A stretch of 56,748 nt of DNA, the filler included, from Sphacelaria rigidula (Eukaryota): assembly GCA_964200075.2 (NCBI GenBank). It is 6 parts of 6 records of this genome, joined end to end, with 100 filler letters (N's around TTAATTAATTAA, not from the genome) between each part and the next. Parts side by side here need not be neighbours in the genome. Positions count along the whole stretch, not along the records: positions 47,375 to 56,748 come from CAXNAA020008644.1; 5 more parts are not named here. One strand, 5' to 3'. This document shows positions 47,939 to 56,748 of this stretch, piece after piece; the stretch's first letter is position 1; each line of letters starts with the position of its first letter. The notes under the pieces are model-generated. The model saw nothing but the letters and a program-made list of their open reading frames with translations. It did not search any database and was not told the DNA's origin. The position numbers were made by a program, and so were the translations under genes.

Positions 47939-49579
47939 CACCCGACTTGGAAAAAAGTTTTGATCGATCGATCGATTGATTGTTGTGCATGAATGGATCC
48001 CCCCTTTTGAATACAGCTGTGGTCCCAGGATAGAACGTTTCTAAGAGGAATGAACGCAAACCTTCGCTGAAGAATAGGTTGAGAGCGTGAAATTATGCTA
48101 TAGCATTACGTGCATGTTTACATTCCTCACGTACGGCAGGAGGGGGTCGGTGGCGAAGGGATGAGGAACGTCGTTCAGTGCAGAGTTTAATCGTCGAGAG
48201 CGTGCGTTTTCATCGTTCATTGTGGGGCGTGCATTGAGTGTGGAGTCCGCGTGCCACTTTTTCCGTGAGAGAAAAGTGTTCCGCGCGAGAGAGTCGAGCG
48301 TGTGTTTTTCGGTGGTCAATTTGTTGTTTGCAATAGCTAGCTGTGCTATTTTTTGTTGACGTAACGGTTCAGGTGCACGGTGTGTGTGGGTGTTGGAAGT
48401 TGGTCAGCTCTCGCAGTGCTCCTTGCCGCCGGTTTTGAAGGTGTACCGTTTTTTTCTGTCAAAATTGTTTGTGTGTTTTGTCACGGTTGTGGATATGGGT
48501 ATGAAGAGTGAGGTTTGTGGTGCTCCTCCATGCGAGAGGCACGGATAATGATGACACAGCCTTCTGTGTCGAGATTTGGCTGTCTCAAGAGAACGGCTTC
48601 TTACTGTTACCAGGTTTCGGAAGGTGGGAATGTGTAGGCGTACGTAGCCGCTAAAGTGGGTGGGCGCTAGAACATATTTCGAGTTTGGAGCTCTGACCAA
48701 AGCGATTGCACAGCCCATCATGGTTGAGCGGGCGGGATTGTGTGAAGACGCGAAGAGTCAACCGAGGTCGTCCTCCGTTTCCCAACTCTCGATGCCACGA
48801 GCTCCCGCTTGGGCAGCAAGTGTTCGTGGGTGGATAAAGCTCGCCGCTGCGGCTCTGTGCGCGTCGCTTGTTCGTCAACTTGTTGTACTCGCCCCGCTTG
48901 GCTGGGTGGAGGGGGGAAATCCCGCAAATATCAGACCTAAAATTGAAACAACACTTCATCACACCTGGGCCCCCGCCATAGCCTACAGTAGCTGTGTGTG
49001 TGTTGACCGCATATATGTACTACTGTTGGCGCCACCACGGCTAGGATGCTGTAGTGTTGAGGATTTCCCGAAGACGGCAAAGCGCCGCTCATTGTGCTTC
49101 GTGCATGAATATCTCTGACGCACAGCACATACCTGGCGACTGATTTTCTCGGAACGATGATTTTTTTTTTATGTACTAGGTCTCGTCTCTCGGCAAAAAC
49201 TATCCCGACACCACGGTGACAGAGGAAAAAATGAACGCGGTCAACAGGCTCATGGGCGTCTCAGGGGTCACACGTGCTCGGGGCAAGTATTTGGGGCCTT
49301 TCAGCAGACGAAACTAAGAAAATATTTGTTTTCAGATCGCGCATGACTGCTGGGTATGGTGACACATGGGGGGCATCGCACCGAAGACCTGCCTCTCTTC
49401 GATTGTACTCCCTCACTGGAAATGAGGTACAGCGCACGCGCCGAGTTGGCTAATCAACCCATCCCAGGAATTCCTCCATCATCGCAGCCCCAAATATCGA
49501 CACAGACAATGCCTCGACAGCCGTCGTTCCACTACACCATGCCTTTGAAATTCCACTAGCATCTTCGTTGCGTACCGAA

Positions 49580-51548
49580 TTACCTACACGGCAGCTCGTC
49601 TCTAGGTTCCAATTTCCCAATCTCGTCATCCACGACGGATTGATGCAGCGAATCAGACGAGACATCGTGCTGCACCCGCCAAAGGCTAACGCGAGAGGTC
49701 TCTGCAAAACGAGGGGCGGTCTTCCCGACAGCCTGTCCTTTTCCATTTTTTTTGTTTTTCACACCCACCCGTCGCACCCCTTGCTTTTCCAGGTTCGCTC
49801 GCATTACATCGTAGACTTCCTTCGCTCGCCCTCGCAAGCCCGTGTTCTCAAGGGAGAGCCGCTGATCGCTCCCCACGTCACGTCCACACGTCGTTTGTTT
49901 GGTAGCATCGATGGAGTTGTCCTCTTCTCCCATCCCCACGCCGATGCAACCGCTAGTGGACCCTAAATCAACAGATATCCCCTCTGCCGCCGCCGCCTCT
50001 TGATTGCCTTCCACGTGGCCTCCCTCGCCACCCTGCGCCTCCACCACCCTGCGCCCCATAATATCGATGGACAGCTTCACCTGACGCCTTGCCCCGCGCT
50101 GCAACGCCGCTTCGTCCCGTCGAGCCTTCTCCTCGGCCTCACCCTTCTCCCGCTCCTTTTGTGAGAGCCAGTTGTGACTCGTGAAGTAGTCACCCTGGTC
50201 GTCCAGCACCCGAGTGCGCGAGGCGGACGTTCGGTCGAACAGAAGCAACTTGTCCTTTCGCGCCAGTGCTTCCTTCAGCGCTGCCGACTGTGGAGCTACC
50301 CCTCCTCCGTTCGGCTTGCTCTGTGCGATATTGCTCCCGCCGCCCCCAACTCCTCGAGGCTCCCGACCTGTCACAGGTAGAACCGACCCACAAAATGAGC
50401 AGCCGAAACCACCCTCGACCACACAAGCAATCTTCCCGCACAATGTGCAATTGGTGATGACATCGTGCTTCATTCCCATGCACTGACAAGACACGCCGGA
50501 CCACCCAGGAGGATCTGTTCCATCCGCCGCCGGCTTTGCTGCCACCGCGATCGCTGCTGCAGACCCTGAACCTCCTCGCTTGTTGACACCAGCTCCTGCC
50601 GCGACCCCCTTGTTTTGCCGCTTGCTCTTCTTGCCGACAGCTGTCCCTGTTGACCCTTTTGAATCCGCAGGCGATCCACCAAGAGCTGGGACATTTGGCT
50701 TTGCCTTGCTGATAGCACTATTTGAAAATGTCGCTGGGCTTTTGGAAGTAGAGGAAACAGCACACCCGCGTTCCACTACAGCTGCAGGGGGACGAGTCGT
50801 GGCAGAAGGAGCAGCCGGAGATGAGGCTACGGCACGTGACGACGAAGTCGACGCTGCTGCTGATGCCGTTGTTTTCACCGTGCGTGCTGCTCCTGAAGTG
50901 GTTCCTCCGCCCCAGAAGTCCTCCGCGGCTGCTTTTTGGTAGCGTTGGACTTTAGCTTTCCCCTTCGCCTGGCCTGTCGTTTTTGGAAGTTGTCCTGCTT
51001 CGCGGGATCGCGCCACAGAAGATCGTGCCGATTGGGATGAAGAACCACCGGCACCCCAGAAATCGTCGGCTGTAGCTGACGACTTTTGCGTTGTGAGTGA
51101 TTTTGACGATTTGCCGGCCCGCCGTGCCGAAAGCTCGATGCATAGCTTTTCCACCTCCTGTCGGAGAGAGGAGCGAGGTGCAGTGCACACCAATTTGAAC
51201 CAGAATACTGCCGGGATTGTCGCGGTGCTTCCCATACACAACTAAACGATGTAATGGCTTGCGTGGTTCTCTTCCTTGCGGATAAAACAAGGCCAGTAGT
51301 TGGCTAGAGCAGCGAGAAGTGCGAATAAACCTAATGGCGTGTCTGCCACTGGTGGAGTAGAAGCTAGTGGGCAAGAAAACAGGATATTACAGCACGTCCC
51401 TCGCCCGACGCTTTACCGCACAAAAACGATCACCACCACACTGCATATATACCTTGGATTGACCCAGAAATTGCTCGAGATACTGCCTGAGCTCGGCGGC
51501 CTGCGTCACCGAGAAGGACTCAAGGGCGAACTTGGCGATTTCTGCCAC
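49580..51548 (-). CDS. TRIP4: TRIP4/ASC-1/RQT4-like C2HC5 zinc-finger protein without ASCH domain; first exon not found
   Basis: Exon 51548-51453 (helical, LRQYLEQFLG) and exon 51157-49580 containing CQCMGMKHDVITNCTLCGKIACVVEGGFGCSFCG and ALARKDKLLLFDRTSASRTRVLDDQGDYF. Confidence 0.88.
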
Positions 51549-51827
51549 CTGTTGCAGCGCGGGGTGCGGGAGGGAAGGGCAGCAGCGAGCACAGAAAAAG
51601 TCTAGTACAGTATTTCTCTTGTCCTCCTCCAGGGTATGTAACGTGGTGATTTTTTTCAGGTTTTCGTCTGTAGGGTCACTGCATCCATCACACCTTAATT
51701 GGATACTACGCAGAACTGTGAGTTTGAACACTTTTATTCCCTTCGGCGCCTGCTTCTCCAGGTGGACTTCAGTCGGATGGGCTTATGAAATGGAATCGGA
51801 ATACTGGAAACATTGGAGAATTAGGGT

Positions 51828-52117
51828 GTTTGCGAAGACCAAAATCGGGTCCGGTCTTGAAATCCAGTGCAAGACCGGAATGTAACCCCATTTCGGTTCA
51901 ACAACTAGATTTTAAAGAGCCCGCCGACTTTGGTGATGTGAAGACCAAATTTGGGTCTTGGGCTCGGGCTTTCCTATTGGTCAACGTTCCCAAGTCCGCA
52001 TTACGGTTTGGATCACTCTGGTCTGGGGGGCACATTTGCCCCCAAAGTCCGCAGCCAGAAGACCATTCTGGTCTTCCCTCGGTTTGGTCTTTTAGATATA
52101 CATGCTAATGGTCAACA
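51828..52117 (+). repeat. Dispersed repeat with an inverted shorter copy at 54476-54605
   Basis: Both copies start TGTTTGCGAAGA.CAAA.TCGGGTC and end CTCGGTTTGG.CTTTTA..TGG.CAACAG. Confidence 0.7.
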
Positions 52118-52459
52118 GACCCGAAGGCTTTTCCGTCCTCTCGGCACATACCACACCAGCCCCATCATCGCGCGTAGGGCGTACACCAGGCCATACGCCG
52201 AAGACGGTCGGTGTGACAGTGGTGTTTTCGTGGAGTCAGCACAGCAGCATATATTATGCACAAAGAACGAGTGTGGAGCACAACTTGACACAGATAGCGA
52301 GTAGCTCGAACAACATGAGACAAACGCGACGTGCATACGGCTTGCACGAAAGTTCAGAGCACGGGAAGGGAGCAAGCATGTGATACAGCAGGCGACGTTT
52401 ATTGACTCACCTGCCGCAGATGACGGTAACTCAAGGTGAATTGCAAGATTTTTGCGAGA

Positions 52460-53790
52460 AGCGCAAGCATGGCCGAGCGTTCAAAAATTGGCGCTCGGCA
52501 AGAATTGAGGATCCGTCTAAAATGAGGGCAAGAACTATGATACGGGACATTTTCCATTTCACCGTGCTGCAGCACAAACATACTCACGCTCTCTCTCTCA
52601 TGTATTGTAGCCATCACTGTGGTGTGGTGTGGTGTGGTCGGACCTTCACGAAGATGGTTTGGTGTCCGCTGGGATTGCGTCAGTTGCCTTATTGTCACTG
52701 CCCTGGTTCTTACAGAAAATGAAGAAAAATATGTTTTTTGGTAAACAGTGCTATCTATATACTACTGTGTGTAGTTGTCTGTTGTGTGTTGGTTGCTTCG
52801 TTTTCCATGAGACAAACAAGACGCTTCCCACACCCACCATTTCTTTGCTGTAGTTGTCGCTGTGCTGTTGTGCATTTGAACACTCTACGACGAACATGGT
52901 GTGATGTGCCCTGGAGAGTGTCTCAACAGTTGTAGTGCTGCATGCGATGTTCCGGTAAGCACAGAAGTGGGGGGGGGGCGTACTCATTTGTTGCTTGCCT
53001 TAGTCGTGTAACCATTGACCACAGTGGGGTGAGATCAAAGTGCTACACTAGCTATTATCTGTTAACAAAGGTGAAACGATGAAACCATCACGTGACGACT
53101 GTACCGTGCAGCTGTCTGTGGCGTCCCCGTCCGTACTTCAGCTTAAGTCAGTCGGGTGCTGGGATCGGAGAAGACACGCAAGGCGGACGCGTGCACGTTG
53201 GGGCGAACAAACTGAGCCAGCACGGAGCTGCTCTATCCCAAGCGTTTGATTACAGGAGCTGTCTGCCTTGATGTCCCATCTAATAGTTCTTCCCCCCATT
53301 TCAGACGGGTGCTCATTTTTTGCCGAGATCCAATTTTTGAACGCTTGACCACGGTTGCGCTTCGCGTGAAAAGCGCAGCTATGGCCCAGCGTTTGTAAAT
53401 CGCCATTCGGCCAAAATCGAGCTCATCCGAACAGGGGAAGAACTATCGCATGGGACATGTCCTGTATCACTGTGCTGTGGTGTCTCCAGACCTTTTCGGA
53501 GACGGTTTGGTCGTTTGTCTCCTCGAAAAATCATGCTGTCAACCCTGTGTCAACACGTAGTGCACTCTAGACACCGTTCCTGTTGACACCTTCATGGTGT
53601 GTTGGCTATTTCGTCTCGAGTCAAGCGAACAATACGCTTCCCAAACCCACCATTCATATGCTGTAGTTGTAGCTGTGCTGCTGTGCATTTAAACACTCTA
53701 CGACGATCACGGTGCGATGGGCGCTGGAGAGTGCCTGAACAGCTGTCGTCCTGCATGTGGTGTTTCGGTATGTACAGAGTTGGGGTGGCA
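52460..53790. repeat. Two diverged copies of a ~500-bp element; the second contains a 188-bp hairpin (53271-53458)
   Basis: 52786-52970 aligns with 53597-53790 (GCTGTAGTTGT.GCTGTGCTG.TGTGCATTT.AACACTCTACGACGA). Hairpin arm pairs include ATGTCCCAT/ATGGGACAT and TAGTTCTTCCCC/GGGGAAGAACTA. Confidence 0.78.
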
Positions 53791-56748
53791 CCAAATTATC
53801 GATCGCCTTTTGGAGGAATGATACTTGGTTTGGGACAGACTGAACACGGATAATACACTTTACAATACGATCTACTACTGCCTGTTACCCAGGGTTCACC
53901 TGGACGCTCCGGAAATATAAATAAAATACTACAGGAGAAACCCTCACGACTTCACATCCACCCGCACTCAAAGTGCGGACAAAGTAAGTATCAGTTGTTT
54001 ATCTGCACTGGACTCAGCAGCAAGAAACAGTGAGCGTGCATCGTTCTGCACTGAACACAATCTACTGCATGCTACTGGTGTCTCTACTTAGTGTTCCACA
54101 GCAACACTACAGTGTGAAGCTATGTTGGCAACACAAGAGAGGCGCAGGCAGGCGGCAAAGACAGGCCACGAGTAAAAAGTACGCCGTATATGCCCACGTG
54201 ATTCATGATTTGTGATCAAAATGATTATCCTGGTCTGCAACAACTTGCGTGCAAACCGGATACACGTCACGTCAATCGCTGTCTGTCAAGTTGCGCTCAA
54301 AATACTATTTCTTCGTGCATATGTTGATGTGCTGACCTCAAAAGGACACCACAACCACACCATCACCCGCTGATTCGCCATGGTCTGGGCGTGTGCTCTG
54401 GTGCTTGCGCGAGCAGCGAGGTGGCTGGTGTGATGTGTGTTGTCGGGAGGACGGTTACAAGTTACACGTCACGCCTGTTGGCCAATAGAATCTCCTATTA
54501 AAAGTCCAAACCGAGCTAAACGCAACCATCGAACTTTGGACTGACTTTGGACTTCGGGGGAATTACAAAGTCCAAGTCCTGACCCGAATTTGATCTTCGC
54601 AAACACGGTATTGTTAGTGGACAAGAGGAACGTCGATGGCACCACTTGGGATGTATTCCAAAAAAATAGGGGAAAATGGTGGGTAATGTAAACAGATAAT
54701 CCAGTGACGACTCTGTTGAAGCGGAGCGAGAATGTGCGATGGTCATAGCCGAAGACGGCCGAATCAAAGCAATGAACGCCAAACATCAAACCATACTGGC
54801 AGGTCCCCCTCATTGTCCGACCAGAACATCATCACAATGTGCCCGCTGACAACATCAATTCCGATCGTACGGTACTGCGGATATCAAAATAGACGGAAAT
54901 GGTACCAAAATAGCCGGAAACGGTTTCTTGGCGACCGAATTATGCTGCTATCGGAGAATTATCCTGGCGCCAGCCCTGATTCTGCTCACAGTTACTCACA
55001 ATATGCCAGTCTGCTACTTGGTGTTCAAAAGCCGGATTCTGCCAGAAATTTGCTGGCACACGAGACCAAGGCCTCGCCCGGACTTGTGTAAGGTCGCCTT
55101 ATAGAAGGCCCCCACTAGTGACCGTGCCATGTTTCTGTTTCTAGTAGGATGTGTTCAAAGGTACTGCTAATTGTTGGACTATAGAATACAGACGATAGTA
55201 CCAGAATCGTGAGAGATCCTACCCATAGTGCGGTCATGTGGGGCTGGCGACAGACGGCAAAATGGCGGGAGCCACATCGTCTTGAAAAAAAACGGAAACA
55301 GTATTGCCCGCCTGACGCAAGGAAGCTATCTCTAGGAGAGGTGTCTCACTTGCTGGGCGGCGGCTCGTGCCGCGAAACATACACACGTTGAGCAGTTGTG
55401 GAGTAAACTGCTACAGCTGCAACGCCGATCTGAACTGTGCGCATCTCAAAACTGAATGGTTCACCTCATCAAAGCCGAGTATCCTTTGTAGCTCACCCTC
55501 CAGCCACACTTTGACTCCACTGTCAGCCATGATGCCACCGATGTGACGACGCCAGAGCAGAGAGCAGAGGTTGTTGTTTCCCGCATTGGATGGGAAATGG
55601 GCTGTCCACAGTAGGTCTCAAATCTAGTCAGTTCCCGTTGATCACAGATGTGACGCGTCAAGTTAGTTGCTGGGTTTGACATTTCTGGTTCAGGGATTCT
55701 TTGTGACGTTTCATTTCAAACTAGGAATGGATACTCAAACGACTAGATGATCCTGAAAAATGGGGACGAACATTTTCTATGCGAACTATTGTAGTATTGT
55801 GTACTGCGACAGCTGGTAGATCGTTTTTGGAGGTGTATTGATATGACGATATTTCTTCGGGAGTGTATCAGAAAGAATTCTGAAGAATGAGGTTGAACAT
55901 TCAAATGGGTTGAAGCCGCCTTCCGAAAAGTCACATTCTACGAGGAACAGTTTTGCAAAAACAATGAATCCAAGGATCTTATTTGTCGTAGCAACTTTCC
56001 CTATAGCTTGCTTAATCCTTCGGCCGCGAAGGTGGGTCACCTGGTGAATCCGCATCAATTTCACTTCAAAAACAACAGTGTTTTCGTGAGATTGAGAGTA
56101 GTAGATGATACAATTGAGGGTGAAAAGCGGTCAATCAGTGAATGAATCGTTTCAGTTCCGAAATGTACTTCCACGAGGCCCAACATGCTTTCTGCAATAA
56201 TAATAGCTGGCCACTGAGGCCCTTGATATCCCTGGGTAGAATATCAACGTGTAGCTGTAAGCACACGCAAGTAGTGATGGAGGTAAAGAAAAGCACACGT
56301 GAAATAAAAAATGACTCACTTAAAGCGAATGATCAAAGCCTCTCTCAATCGTATCATCTACTACTCTCAATCTCACGAAAACACAGTTAAACGTATGCAA
56401 CACTTTAATCATTCGTGAGATTCAGAACATAGTTTCAGATTCAGAGTGGATGCTCTATAGCGTTCCTAACAGGCAACTTTTTTTTGTTTTTTTGCTTGAG
56501 CACACGTCCTGTGCATGCAGCTACCGTACAGTACCCCATTCGAGGAATTTGGCGGTCTGGTTGGTGGGATACCGCTCAAAGCATTTTTACGCCTCGGGGG
56601 CATTTCGGAGCTGAAACTGTTTCAGGCACGAATCGCTTTTTCCTGAAAGAGGGGATATTTTGTTGCAATGGACGACTACGTCGTTGCGATCAAGTGATGG
56701 GTCAAATTGATCGTGTACGTGACAGCTTCCATTGAAGCCACCGCTTCA

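Noticed and set aside
36504..51548. Apparent cluster of the two halves of ASC-1 (ASCH gene and zinc-finger gene) 13 kb apart
   Set aside because: Two artificial spacers lie between them and the contigs are ordered by length, so the linkage is not evidence.
55300..56748. Possible exons at the end of piece 6
   Set aside because: Short ORFs with no recognisable motif or consistent splice pattern.

Overview
This window is not contiguous. It is six separate pieces of 9376, 9375, 9375, 9374, 9374 and 9374 bp joined by identical 100-bp spacers (N44-TTAATTAATTAA-N44), which looks like unplaced contigs concatenated in order of length, so no neighbourhood across a spacer can be trusted. The DNA is eukaryotic, intron-rich and transposon-rich; a brown alga or related stramenopile is my inference from gene structure and element style. 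Piece 1 is a decayed, nearly complete Ty3/gypsy retrotransposon on the minus strand. Its integrase ends in a chromodomain plus a further Tudor-like domain, followed by a 41-bp hairpin array. Piece 2 is a decayed Ty1/copia element with its 3' LTR, an RT deletion and a nested MITE with a 4-bp target duplication, followed by a hAT-like composite repeat. Piece 3 holds a second gypsy fragment, several MITEs, a SINE and a possible protein-primed DNA polymerase relic. Piece 4 holds the last three exons of a DUF2009/UPF0652 gene and the first exon of a stand-alone ASCH gene. Piece 5 holds TAP42/alpha4 and PP2A B55, two PP2A regulators whose stop codons face each other 128 bp apart. Piece 6 holds a mitochondrial-carrier last exon and a TRIP4/RQT4-like zinc-finger gene lacking ASCH. 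All family assignments come from motif recognition by eye; no database search was run.
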